Part shown: piece after piece, positions 1 to 9,083 of the stretch | How positions within the stretch are numbered: the first letter of the stretch is position 1 | Layout: the number at the start of each line of letters is the position of its first letter | From: a virus | Virus record (IMG/VR): IMGVR_UViG_3300045960_000114 | Span: 96,001 to 160,000 of that record | Strand: one strand, 5' to 3' | DNA: 64,000 nt | Made by a program: the position numbers and the translations under genes | Notes under the pieces: generated by a model | What the model was told of the DNA's origin: nothing | The model's input: the letters and a program-made list of their open reading frames with translations, nothing else | Databases searched by the model: none

Positions 1-420
1 CAGCAGGGGCTTGATCAGTGAGCCGTAGATGAACGGACGCACGTAGATGGTCGAGAGCTTCGAAACCTGGTCAGCGCGTGGTGCGACTGCCAGGGTTCGG
101 AGGTGTGGAGTCGTAGCGCACATCAGGACATCCACAGCCGCAATGTTGGTGGTCTTGGACACCTGCCGGGCACACTTGAGAACCATACGCTTCGGCTGCC
201 GCACGGCGTATAGCGGCTCGAAGTGGAAGTGGTCTTCCAGGGAGTACGGTTTCCCCTTCAAGGAGAGCATCCCAAGGAGGGGTACGCGCGTAGACCGTGC
301 TGCCGGATTCCGCTGATAGGTCTCAAGCATGCCCCGTAGAATGTCCGTGGCCGACACACTGCGGTTTGCCGCGATGTCCTGTTGTAGCTTCGGCAGGTCC
401 ACACCCGTCGAGGAGGTCAA
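1..420 (-). CDS. Terminase large subunit, N-terminal ATPase part (partial, runs off the left edge; start uncertain, 330-453)
   Basis: My manual translation of the minus strand is open from about 558 to base 1: ...LKGKPYSLEDHFHFEPLY...KRMVLKCARQVSKTT...RTLAVAPRADQVSKLSTIYVRPFI. KxxRQxxKT is the terminase-type Walker A. Not in the ORF track. Confidence 0.7.
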   Translation of the reverse strand, partial: MTSSTGVDLPKLQQDIAANRSVSATDILRGMLETYQRNPAARSTRVPLLGMLSLKGKPYSLEDHFHFEPLYAVRQPKRMVLKCARQVSKTTNIAAVDVLMCATTPHLRTLAVAPRADQVSKLSTIYVRPFIYGSLIKPLL

Positions 421-436
421 AGAGAGAGGTGTAGTT

Positions 437-637
437 ATGATCATGCAGTTCATCCGTAGCGTCGGTCGTGCGATTGCCAATGCTTTCCGCAAAACGAAAA
501 GCCGTGGCAGTTCGATCCTGAAGCGCGCAAGCCGGTTCGTATCAGAATCGGCGAAGCGTTACGTCATCGAGACCCTTACGGCGATCATTGCAGAACTCGC
601 CGGCAAAGCTCTTGCCAAAGGTCCCGCTGCCGTATAA
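437..637 (+). CDS. Small basic hypothetical protein
   Basis: ATG at 437 after a GAGAGG-like RBS, within track ORF 329..637. It crowds the terminase 5' end, so it is uncertain. Confidence 0.35.
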   Translation: MIMQFIRSVGRAIANAFRKTKSRGSSILKRASRFVSESAKRYVIETLTAIIAELAGKALAKGPAAV

Positions 638-682
638 TCACTACTGGGGCGACCCAGGCGTGATTCGCCAAGGGAGTGTACC

Positions 683-931
683 ATGACTAGCGGAACTTTC
701 TACCTCGAACGATCAAGACGATTGATACCAGCACCAATACCACGATTACGCCATGTGACCTACTCACTTCATACCCATTACCGAGGCGTTCACCCGCTGC
801 CTGAGTTGCTGGGACCGGATACTCCAGCCAGCCGCGTGGTGACGACACCTGATAGACTTCGTACACCGTACGCCTGTACTTACGAACCAGTACCGAGGAC
901 GAACAGACGATGTGGGAATTGCGGCAGCTGA
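683..931 (+). CDS. Hypothetical protein ending in CxxC
   Basis: AAGGGAG RBS. Its TGA overlaps the ATG of the next gene (TGATG at 929-933). Confidence 0.55.
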   Translation: MTSGTFYLERSRRLIPAPIPRLRHVTYSLHTHYRGVHPLPELLGPDTPASRVVTTPDRLRTPYACTYEPVPRTNRRCGNCGS

Positions 932-1449
932 TGGAGCTGGGTGTACTGGGTGTGTTGGCGATTCTTACTACATGGCAGACGATTGTCACGTGGCGAAGTG
1001 GAACCATCTTCGAGAGACCACGTGCTTGGGCGCAAGCGAGACCAGGGCTCCTCAGTGAGCTTCTATTGTGCCCCCTTTGTCTGACCCACTGGATCGCCGG
1101 CTTCTGGGTTAGTTGGCTTTGTGTCTACCTTTACGTCACGCGCGAGCTCCCGCTCTGGCATTTGCTGCTCTGGCCGCTTTGTGTGGCCGCAGTTACCCGA
1201 ATGGCAGTAACCGCGCATGACTTGTTGTATCAGACAGAGAACTTCGAGAGGAAGGAGGGGAGCATGATCACAGCTGGAACTTTGCCAATGCATTCTGCCC
1301 TAAGTCAGACCTTCGAGTGCGGCAACGCCCTGCGTTGGTTGCGCAAGAAGGACGGCACGGTGGTGCTGCAGCAGGCGTGGGTGGAGGTCGGTGGCCCAGG
1401 CGTCGAGTGGAGGAATGTGGATGTCTACGAAGAACCCGTGGGAGAATGA
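931..1449 (+). CDS. DUF1360-like membrane protein
   Basis: Hydrophobic segments and an LLLCPLCLTHWIA motif. Start is coupled to the upstream stop. Confidence 0.6.
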   Translation: MELGVLGVLAILTTWQTIVTWRSGTIFERPRAWAQARPGLLSELLLCPLCLTHWIAGFWVSWLCVYLYVTRELPLWHLLLWPLCVAAVTRMAVTAHDLLYQTENFERKEGSMITAGTLPMHSALSQTFECGNALRWLRKKDGTVVLQQAWVEVGGPGVEWRNVDVYEEPVGE

Positions 1450-1912
1450 ATGGGAGAAGGTCCGAAAGTTCCGCAAGACTCTCAACATCTGGACAACGGT
1501 AGTATTCACTAACGGTTGTTACGACGTGTTCCATGCAGGACACGTTCAGTCACTGAAGTTCGCCAAGAACGTCGTTCACGACACCTGTCTGTTTGTCGGG
1601 GTCAACGATGACGACAGTGTGCGCCGGCTAAAAGGCAGCGGGCGCCCGATCAATGACGTAACGTCACGCATGGTGGTTCTGAGTGCCTGCCGATTTGTAG
1701 ACATCTGCGTACCGTTCAGCGAAGACACACCTGAGAAGCTGATCCAGCTGCTCAGACCACATTTCCTAATCAAGGATGCGTGGTACCGGCGGAAGTATGT
1801 GGCTGGTGCAGCCTGGGTGAAGAAACACGGAGGGAAGGTGCTGTTCGCGCCGACCATGGAGGGGATCTCGACGACGGAGATCCTACGGAGAGGAGGAGCC
1901 TGTGGCAGTTGA
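1421..1912 (+). CDS. rfaE2: RfaE/HldE domain II-like nucleotidyltransferase (heptose-1-phosphate adenylyltransferase family)
   Basis: FTNGCYDVFHAGH (HxGH), VGVNDDDSVRRLKG..RP, FSEDTP, EGISTT. ATG 1421 follows GGAGG. Confidence 0.88.
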   Translation: MSTKNPWENEWEKVRKFRKTLNIWTTVVFTNGCYDVFHAGHVQSLKFAKNVVHDTCLFVGVNDDDSVRRLKGSGRPINDVTSRMVVLSACRFVDICVPFSEDTPEKLIQLLRPHFLIKDAWYRRKYVAGAAWVKKHGGKVLFAPTMEGISTTEILRRGGACGS

Positions 1913-2453
1913 AGGGACACTGAATGGCTGGCTGCAATTAACAGACAGCTCGCCGCTGAATGACGAGGAATCGGCGGAGCTGGCCAAGTGGTTCATGGAG
2001 TATCGGAAGGACGATCCGAACTGCGAGAAGGAAGAGGCACTCTGGAGTGGTGACAATAAGGTAATCCCATTCTCGATCACTTTCTGGGATGGCTGGCCAC
2101 CGTGTGTCTGGAAAGATCTGGAGCAGTTGTGTGGCAAGCTGAAAAAAGGTTCCTGGATTCTGTTTCACTACACGACCAGGAACATGTACTTCAACTACAC
2201 GATGCAATCGATCCTGGTCAACCAGGAAGGCGTTCGATCCACGGGTGATCCGTTCATGGACGATCCGCTCATGCAGATCGTTGGTGGACCACTCCGGGGA
2301 GAGCAACCGGAAGAGAAGGACGAGCTGGACATCTCCGACGAGGATGTGGATGCCGAGCTGCGGGCATACGACCCGAGCTCCGTACCTGACGGTGGCTGGG
2401 GCGATGAGGGATACGACGACGAAGTTGACGAAGTTGACGAGGACTGGATCTAA
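1902..2453 (+). CDS. Hypothetical protein with acidic C-terminus
   Basis: GAGGAGG RBS, GTG start overlapping the upstream stop. Confidence 0.7.
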   Translation: MAVEGTLNGWLQLTDSSPLNDEESAELAKWFMEYRKDDPNCEKEEALWSGDNKVIPFSITFWDGWPPCVWKDLEQLCGKLKKGSWILFHYTTRNMYFNYTMQSILVNQEGVRSTGDPFMDDPLMQIVGGPLRGEQPEEKDELDISDEDVDAELRAYDPSSVPDGGWGDEGYDDEVDEVDEDWI

Positions 2454-2839
2454 CGCCCGCGCCGATCCGCCAGAATCTCGTCTACGACAGACACACGCTT
2501 GGGGCGCTTGAGTTCCTTGCTGGTGTTCAGGATGCACATCTGACGAAGCTGCTCGCGCAGCCTAGGGAGGGAGACGATCATGGCGGACACAAAGCCACCT
2601 GCATCTCGCCTGTACGTTCGTACGGACCGGGTGATCCAACCGGCCTTGACCAGCACAGTCAATGCCTTGGAGATGCCCCGAACCTGTGAATGACCGAGGC
2701 GTTTGGCCAAGGTCGTTCGGCGTACTCGAAACCGCATCCGACCAAGCTTGAGGGCTCGATCGACGAGTACGGTGTACAACTTCAGCGCGGTGCCGGACTG
2801 CTTAGCAACCTCACTGACGGATAACGGCGTTTGCGGCAT
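2450..2839 (-). CDS. Winged helix-turn-helix DNA-binding protein
   Basis: RRTTLAKRLGHSQVRGISKALTVLVKAGWITR pattern. AAAGGAG RBS on the minus strand. Confidence 0.65.
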   Translation of the reverse strand: MPQTPLSVSEVAKQSGTALKLYTVLVDRALKLGRMRFRVRRTTLAKRLGHSQVRGISKALTVLVKAGWITRSVRTYRRDAGGFVSAMIVSLPRLREQLRQMCILNTSKELKRPKRVSVVDEILADRRGR

Positions 2840-2883
2840 GGGGTGTCTCCTTTATTCCTCTCGGTATACCAACCATTAGGGGG

Positions 2884-2919
2884 AATATAATTGACACCCT
2901 AGGGGGAATCAAGTAAAAA
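2884..2919. promoter_or_regulatory. Overlapping divergent sigma70-like promoters
   Basis: Plus strand: TTGACA(2891)-17 nt-TAAAAA. Minus strand: TTGATT(2912-2907)-17 nt-TATATT(2889-2884). TAGGGGGAAT direct repeats at 2877 and 2900. Confidence 0.55.
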
Positions 2920-3131
2920 ACCCAGATATCGCAGTAGTCGGCACACGAGAGCATGCAAACGCTTAGTCGACAGTGTGTTGTGGGATTCTGTAATGATCTT
3001 ACAACATTAGATCGACGGAAGGGGGAGAACGTGGCAGCCCCTCCGCTTTACTACGTAAAGCTGAGCGTTCGCTTGTTGCGTTACTGCGCAACAAGCTCAC
3101 TTGAACAACTAACAGAACAGGAGGAGTGATC

Positions 3132-3872
3132 ATGTCGTTGATGAAGTTCAAGAAGACGATCGAGTTCCTCGCCGAGGTTGTCCGGCCTGGTGAACCCGAC
3201 GACGAGGGTAGGGAACTGCAGGTAAGCGAAGGCCAACGTCTGTACGGGTTGTACGTGGACGGACGCGACATCTTCCTGTCCTCCCGTTCCGATGAAGGGA
3301 TGGCCCCGGCGATGCTGCTGGTTCTGCCGAACACTGAGCCCGAGCATATCGGTCTGGCAGACATTCCCACGAATGTTGAGCCGGTTGCCGACCCCGCGCC
3401 GGTTACTACGTTTGTTGACGACACGTCGCATGACGATGACGATGGCGACACTTGTTCCAACTGCAATAACGCTAGGGATGAGTGTACCTGTGTCGATGGG
3501 GACGACGACGACTCCGACAGCGATGAGGACGACGAGGACAGCGACGAGGAGTATGACCGCTGTGCACACTGCGGGCGACTTGAGTCCGACTGCTCGTGTC
3601 CCATGTGTGCCAACTGCGGATGCAAAGTCATAGAGTGCATCTGCGCGCCGGACGAGGAGGACGAGGATCACGAGCCGGACGAGGGTGAAACGGAAGAGCC
3701 GGAAGAACCGGAAGAGGCGCACGATGAGGAACCGCCGCCGCAGCCTGAGTTGCGCGCGGAGGTCATGGAGGCGACGCTGACGGTCGAGAAGCCCATACCG
3801 CCTGGTTGGTTCACAACGGGTGAGATCTGCCAGGGCTGTGATCATCCGCTCAATGAGTGCATCTGCACCTGA
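3132..3872 (+). CDS. Asp/Glu-rich protein with four CxxC-x6-CxC motifs
   Basis: GAGGAG RBS. Four Cys clusters within acidic tracts. Confidence 0.8.
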   Translation: MSLMKFKKTIEFLAEVVRPGEPDDEGRELQVSEGQRLYGLYVDGRDIFLSSRSDEGMAPAMLLVLPNTEPEHIGLADIPTNVEPVADPAPVTTFVDDTSHDDDDGDTCSNCNNARDECTCVDGDDDDSDSDEDDEDSDEEYDRCAHCGRLESDCSCPMCANCGCKVIECICAPDEEDEDHEPDEGETEEPEEPEEAHDEEPPPQPELRAEVMEATLTVEKPIPPGWFTTGEICQGCDHPLNECICT

Positions 3873-3881
3873 GGAGGTCTG

Positions 3882-4940
3882 ATGTCGTTCATACTGTTCA
3901 CGGACGCCCACGTCTGCATGCAGGCGTGGCGTGACATGCCGGGCGTTCGGGGCGACGCGTACCAGTCACTGTCACAGGTGATTCGGTACGCCGTCGACCA
4001 CAAGGTCGAAGCGGTCGTGGACGGCGGGGATCTGTTTGATGCCCAGCCCACGGCGTACGACGCCCACTTCATGCTTTCCGCTGTCGAGGAGCTGAAGCGG
4101 GCTGGCATCAAGGTGTACAGCATCCAGGGACAGCACGCCCGCGACAGGATTATATCGTGGGCATGCATCGACCCCTACGTAACCAATCTGGAAGCCGCCG
4201 GGCCAGTCACACTAGCCGACGGCAAGATTGTCATGCAGGGATTCGACCACAGTCCTGCGGAAGAGCTGAAGGCCAAGCTGGAGTCGGGGCTCAAGCCGGA
4301 GACAAACGTCCTCGTCCTTCACCAGAAGGCGACAGGTGTCACGCCTGGCATGGGTGCCGACTTCGATCCCGAGTGGGTGGATTGTCACGTCAGGCTGGTG
4401 CTGATGGGCGACTACCACAAGGCGATCAACTGGTCACGCCCGTGTCCTCCGCCACTCCCGCCGATGCAGTTGATGTACAACGGCAGTTTGTGCATGCAGG
4501 CCATTGACGAATGCCCGGAGAAGTTTTTCACGGTGGTTTACGACGACCTGTCATATGAACGGGTGAAGCTGACTACGCGTCCGTTCATGGCGTCGATGGT
4601 GCAGTCACAGGAGCAGTTGGACAAGCTGCTGGAACAGCTGAAGTCGTTCCCTGCGGAGGGGATGCTCGTGGTCAAGTTCGACACGCGCATCAAGGACGTA
4701 GAGGACCTGCTGCGCAAGCGGCGCCCCGACATCAACATCAAGGCGCGCCCGCTGCCGATCGTGGTGGCGGACACGCCGGTCCCTCTGCCGGGCTCGATCT
4801 CGTTGGAGTCGTGTCTTCGCGTCCTGGCCGACCCGGCAAAGGATGCCGAGCTGTATTCCTTTGCCAAGCAGTTGATCGATTCCCGTGACGTTCGCGGGAC
4901 GCTTCAGGAGTGGCGCGGGAAGTTTCTGCAAGACGTTTGA
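3882..4940 (+). CDS. sbcD: Mre11/SbcD-like metallophosphoesterase nuclease
   Basis: FTDAH, GGDLFD, GQH and GDYH motifs. The Rad50-like partner lies 2 kb downstream. Confidence 0.88.
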   Translation: MSFILFTDAHVCMQAWRDMPGVRGDAYQSLSQVIRYAVDHKVEAVVDGGDLFDAQPTAYDAHFMLSAVEELKRAGIKVYSIQGQHARDRIISWACIDPYVTNLEAAGPVTLADGKIVMQGFDHSPAEELKAKLESGLKPETNVLVLHQKATGVTPGMGADFDPEWVDCHVRLVLMGDYHKAINWSRPCPPPLPPMQLMYNGSLCMQAIDECPEKFFTVVYDDLSYERVKLTTRPFMASMVQSQEQLDKLLEQLKSFPAEGMLVVKFDTRIKDVEDLLRKRRPDINIKARPLPIVVADTPVPLPGSISLESCLRVLADPAKDAELYSFAKQLIDSRDVRGTLQEWRGKFLQDV

Positions 4941-5161
4941 ACATTGGAGATGTCAGGCTTCCGGTAGAAGTCCGGATGGTGGGACCTCGAGCTAATTACT
5001 CGGGTGAAAGATTGACGATCCGGCCTGACATTTGGTGGGGCGGTGTAGACGGCTCGGCGGCGGCGCCGCCACAAGAGCTGTTTGTGCATACCCGAACAGG
5101 GAGGTGGCAGGTGAAAGACCTGTCCTCCGCCGAATTTAAACCCAATTACATTGGAGGTTAA
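4910..5161 (+). CDS. Hypothetical protein (weak)
   Basis: Track ORF filling the gap after sbcD. No recognisable motif. Confidence 0.35.
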   Translation: MAREVSARRLNIGDVRLPVEVRMVGPRANYSGERLTIRPDIWWGGVDGSAAAPPQELFVHTRTGRWQVKDLSSAEFKPNYIGG

Positions 5162-5163
5162 CA

Positions 5164-5361
5164 ATGTGTACTCAGGAGCACATTTACGGTTTTATTGTTC
5201 TTGAAGAACAGGGTCCCGGCTATCCACCCATCGTTCGTTCCGTAGTTTGTCCAAGCTATGAATCCGCCATGTCGGAACTCATTCGTATTGCGCAGTACAC
5301 ATCAAATGCGTTGTCTGTTGTGAAGGCTGTGACTGTGGCGTGTTACCAGAAAGACCACTAG
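5164..5361 (+). CDS. Small hypothetical protein
   Basis: GGAGG RBS preceded by the CAATTACATT motif. Confidence 0.6.
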   Translation: MCTQEHIYGFIVLEEQGPGYPPIVRSVVCPSYESAMSELIRIAQYTSNALSVVKAVTVACYQKDH

Positions 5362-5386
5362 GCAGTAGGAGACAGCTGGAGGAGCT

Positions 5387-6028
5387 GTGATGGAAACCAC
5401 ACTGTTCGACCACATTGATGACGAGCCGGATGAAGTTGATCGCGTATTCAGTCTGAAGGAGGGCAAGCGACTGAAGAAGGTTGGTATGGACCGAGCGATG
5501 TACGCAGACCTGTTCTCGGTATTCTTCGCGCGTAACGTTGCCAAGTATTTAGCGATGGAGCGGGATGATCGTATAGTCACTTCAAATGACATTTACAGAT
5601 ACTGCTACGACAACTACGAGCTTAACAACGAGTGGCTTGGTCCGCGTTCCGGTTCGGTTTGGACAGACAGCCAGTGGGAGAAACAGATAGATCGCGATAA
5701 GGCTGATCGATTGAACCAGAATGCAGCTGAGATATGCAGATGGCGCCTTCGCGACGATTGCGAAGGTACCGTGGTTCTCCCCTCGGTCGAATTGGTCCAT
5801 CGACACATACCGAAGCGTAGTAATGTGGTTTTGAAACCGGGTGTCGACAAAGCCGTCAGAGCGGTGCTTAATTTGAGTAAGCACCTCGATAAGTTCAACC
5901 TGTCGGAGCAGGACCTGGTGAGTGGTTTCAAAGAGCGTCTGCGGTTTGGCCATGAGCATGTGTTAATAACACTAGCCCGTGTGTTCGGGGCAATCGAGGA
6001 AGCGGAAAAAGAGAGCGGTAAGTGTTAG
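5387..6028 (+). CDS. Hypothetical protein
   Basis: GGAGGAG RBS, 213-aa ORF. Confidence 0.7.
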   Translation: MMETTLFDHIDDEPDEVDRVFSLKEGKRLKKVGMDRAMYADLFSVFFARNVAKYLAMERDDRIVTSNDIYRYCYDNYELNNEWLGPRSGSVWTDSQWEKQIDRDKADRLNQNAAEICRWRLRDDCEGTVVLPSVELVHRHIPKRSNVVLKPGVDKAVRAVLNLSKHLDKFNLSEQDLVSGFKERLRFGHEHVLITLARVFGAIEEAEKESGKC

Positions 6029-6093
6029 GGTCCTTAGAGTCAGAGAGTAGCAGGAGAAGAAAGGTCAATTACCTTAACCGGAGGATGCCGCAA

Positions 6094-6402
6094 ATGGAGT
6101 CCATGAAACTTGTCTGGGAAGACGCATTGAAGTCGCTAGATAAATTGGAGCGAGTATATGGCGATGCAGCACACGTGGGACATCTAACGCTTGATGAAAA
6201 GCTAGTCTTCATGCGCGCTCAAAAGGAAGCGCAGCGTGCGCGATCTACTCTCCGTGCGCAGGCTTACGTCTTTGAGGACGCGATTAAACAGCGCCTCGCG
6301 ATAGACGTAGACGAGGACCAGAAACCTACTTGGTGGTGTTGCAGCGCGGATTACCCAGACCATGAGCCAGACTGTCCTAACTCGTGCGAGAGTAATCCGT
6401 AA
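6094..6402 (+). CDS. Hypothetical protein with C-terminal Cys/His cluster
   Basis: GGAGG RBS. WWCCSADYPDHEPDCPNSC. Confidence 0.6.
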   Translation: MESMKLVWEDALKSLDKLERVYGDAAHVGHLTLDEKLVFMRAQKEAQRARSTLRAQAYVFEDAIKQRLAIDVDEDQKPTWWCCSADYPDHEPDCPNSCESNP

Positions 6403-6406
6403 TGGG

Positions 6407-6447
6407 AGGAGCCCAAGCGGGTTCCTCGAACAGATCCAATTACCTTG
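6407..6447 (+). repeat. 41-nt dispersed repeat, copy 1 (hairpin plus CAATTACCTTG)
   Basis: 39/41 identical to 38981-39021. Confidence 0.9.
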
Positions 6448-6455
6448 GAGCGAAC

Positions 6456-6659
6456 ATGACCATTCCTACGTTGATGAACTGCTCACACTCTGGCGATGGA
6501 TGGTGCCTTGAGTGCGTCAAAAAGCAACAGGGCAGGATCGACAAACTTGAGGAGGCAATTGACGTTGTAATTGAGGAGTTGGGAGCAAGTGGCGGCGGTG
6601 AGCAGAAGGTCGGAGGCGAAACGCTGATCGAGTTCTTAGAGAGAACTCTCGCAAGATAA
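6456..6659 (+). CDS. Small protein with CSH...CLEC zinc-finger-like start
   Basis: GGAG RBS. CSHSGDGWCLEC followed by a coiled segment. Confidence 0.6.
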   Translation: MTIPTLMNCSHSGDGWCLECVKKQQGRIDKLEEAIDVVIEELGASGGGEQKVGGETLIEFLERTLAR

Positions 6660-6675
6660 AACGAGGAGCGACTCC

Positions 6676-6879
6676 ATGAAAATCACCTACGAGCAGGTAC
6701 CAACCTTCTTTCAGGCTACGATCATCACGAAGGCCCCACGTGGTTGGCAGCGTACGGCACGTCGTTGGAAAATGCTGTTGCGTAAGACGCGCCTGAAGTG
6801 GCTGCGATGGGAGAAATTCAAGCGGCGTGCAGAGTCACAAGTCGTGAAGTCAGACGAATCGGGAAGTGCAAAGCAATAG
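6676..6879 (+). CDS. Small basic hypothetical protein
   Basis: GAGGAG RBS. Confidence 0.55.
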   Translation: MKITYEQVPTFFQATIITKAPRGWQRTARRWKMLLRKTRLKWLRWEKFKRRAESQVVKSDESGSAKQ

Positions 6880-6941
6880 GAGTAGTCTTGCGTTCGCGCG
6901 GCTGTTGTGGTAGGTTTACTGCTGGCGATAAGGAGAATTGA

Positions 6942-9044
6942 TTGAAGCTCAAGAAACTCAGTCTGGTGAACTACTGTCAGCATGCCGAGCGTGAAGATGT
7001 GTTCGCGCCGGGCATCACGCTGATCCACGGACCCAACGGTTCCGGCAAGTCGAATCTGGTGAAGTCGATCTTCCGGCTGCTGACGGGCATCAGCCTTAAC
7101 GGGGTCAATGCGGATGATATTCGTGTTGGTACCGAGAAGGGACACGGTGAGTTGGAGTTTGAAGTGAATGGTACTCCTGGGGTCATCAAACGGTTCTGGG
7201 ATACCAGCCGCTGCAACTTGACGTTTGGTGACAGGAAATTCAAAACAGCCACTGAAGTAGATCGCGTGATCTACGAGATCATCGGCGTGCAGCCGAAGGT
7301 CCTGAGCGAGATGGTCTTCGTGATGCAGGGCGCTATTGATGGCATCCTGTTCGGAAAGCCGGCGGAGCGCGCGAAGTCGTTCCAGGTCCTGTTCAACACG
7401 GCAGGGCTTGAGACGGTGCGCGACCTGCTGCATGAGGAGATGGAGAAGGTCGTCATTGTCAGCCGCAAGGAGCTAATCGACCAGCTCAAGCAGCAGCTCG
7501 CGACTACGGTCGAGGAGCCTCTGCGGAAGGCCGAGGACGAGTTGAAGTCCGTCAAGTTGAACGTGATGGACGAGAAGGCGTACACGAAGTGCAGCAACCT
7601 GATCGCCAATCACGAGAACTTCATCGCCTCCATGGAGGCGCAGAAGCGGCTGGCTGACGCGGTGATGTCCATCGAAGGAGAGCTGGGAAGGGCCAGCACC
7701 GAGGTCAGGGAACTGACTGACTCCGTTCTGGGGTTGGAGTCGTCGCTCAAGGACGTGGATGCGGACTACCGCGCGGCAAACGCGCGCATCGCTGCGTCGC
7801 ATATGGCGGCGGCGCGCAAGGCGCACGTTGCGCACCTACGGTCCATCATCGAGAACGCCGAGAAGGTGCTGCTGCTTCCCGAGCCGACGAAGCCGATTAC
7901 CAAGGACGAGCTGGACAAGCTGCGGGCTGAGTACGACGTGCTCATGCACAAGTTGCGCTCGGCCAATTCCATCGTGACGACGTTCAACTCAGGCGGTGGC
8001 GTTTGTCCGACCTGCACGCAGACTGTGCCGCAGTTCCTCGTCGAGCAGCAGAAGGCGCTGCTGGAGATGTTCGGCTCCAAGGCGCTGGATATGAAACGCA
8101 AGCTGGAGGATTCCGAGCTTGCGTTCGCCAGGTACCTGTCGGATTCGGAGCATCTGAGGGCGCGCAAGGAGGAGTTGAAGCGCGCACGCGATACAGCAGC
8201 TGCCACGTTGACCCAGCATCCCGACATGAGGGTGGAGGCTACCCAGGCTGATGTGGAGTTGGTCGCGTTGGTCAACGAGCTGAACGGATCATTGAATGAG
8301 TCACGAGGCAAGCTGGCGGCGGCGAAGGCCAACGTCGAGCAGCTGACCAAGCGGCTGGAGGATGCGCGGACGGCTGGATCGGACAACCTGGCGCGTTCGG
8401 GCGAACGTGCGAGCGACACCGACTACAAGGCGTGCAAGGACTCGCTCGAGTTGCACAACAAGAGCAGGGACAGGGTGGCGCGGTTGGAAGGTACCGTCTT
8501 GGCGCTTGAGTCTCAGCGCAAGACAATCCTTGATTCGGTCGAGAAGCACGAGAAGGAGGAGAGTGGGCTGGCCAAGGTGCGCGAGTGGCGCGGCCTGTTG
8601 GAACGGACCCGCATTCTCCTGCATCGGGACAACCTTCCGAATCTCGTGGCACGCTCGTATCTGGGCGGCATCAACGCGGCGATCGGCAAGTACCTGGAGA
8701 TGTTCAACTCCAAGTTCCAGGCAGTCATCAAAGACGACCTGTCGGTTGAGTGCCACTTCGCTGGCGGGTTCAAGCAGCCGTCTGAGCGGTTGTCAGGTGG
8801 TCAGCGCGTGATGCTTGGACTGGCCTTCCGGTTTGCCGTGTACGACCTCTTCACGGCGACGCTGGGTGTGCTGGTACTCGATGAGCCGACTGTGTTCTTG
8901 GACGATGCTAATGTCGACCGCGTGATAGAGCTGTTGGAGCACGTCAAGGCGTACTCACGCACGTCGAACCTGCAGGTGCTGGTGGTCAGTCACGAATCGA
9001 AGCTGATCCCAGTTTTCGACCACGTAATCAAAGTTGGCGATTAA
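6942..9044 (+). CDS. sbcC: Rad50/SbcC-like SMC ATPase
   Basis: Walker A GPNGSGKS, coiled coils, zinc hook CPTC, signature LSGGQ, Walker B LDEP, H-loop VSH. Confidence 0.93.
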   Translation: MKLKKLSLVNYCQHAEREDVFAPGITLIHGPNGSGKSNLVKSIFRLLTGISLNGVNADDIRVGTEKGHGELEFEVNGTPGVIKRFWDTSRCNLTFGDRKFKTATEVDRVIYEIIGVQPKVLSEMVFVMQGAIDGILFGKPAERAKSFQVLFNTAGLETVRDLLHEEMEKVVIVSRKELIDQLKQQLATTVEEPLRKAEDELKSVKLNVMDEKAYTKCSNLIANHENFIASMEAQKRLADAVMSIEGELGRASTEVRELTDSVLGLESSLKDVDADYRAANARIAASHMAAARKAHVAHLRSIIENAEKVLLLPEPTKPITKDELDKLRAEYDVLMHKLRSANSIVTTFNSGGGVCPTCTQTVPQFLVEQQKALLEMFGSKALDMKRKLEDSELAFARYLSDSEHLRARKEELKRARDTAAATLTQHPDMRVEATQADVELVALVNELNGSLNESRGKLAAAKANVEQLTKRLEDARTAGSDNLARSGERASDTDYKACKDSLELHNKSRDRVARLEGTVLALESQRKTILDSVEKHEKEESGLAKVREWRGLLERTRILLHRDNLPNLVARSYLGGINAAIGKYLEMFNSKFQAVIKDDLSVECHFAGGFKQPSERLSGGQRVMLGLAFRFAVYDLFTATLGVLVLDEPTVFLDDANVDRVIELLEHVKAYSRTSNLQVLVVSHESKLIPVFDHVIKVGD

Positions 9045-9083
9045 CAGGAACCATGTTAGATTAGTGATCAGGAGGAACCTGCC

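Noticed and set aside
47-316. Track ORF on the plus strand
   Set aside because: It is the antisense shadow of the terminase-like frame on the minus strand.
3081-3911. Long minus-strand ORFs (also 13808-14632, 18375-19259, 22253-23098, 46965-47933, 63105-63992)
   Set aside because: These are antisense shadows of well-supported plus-strand genes in GC-rich DNA. They have no RBS or motifs.
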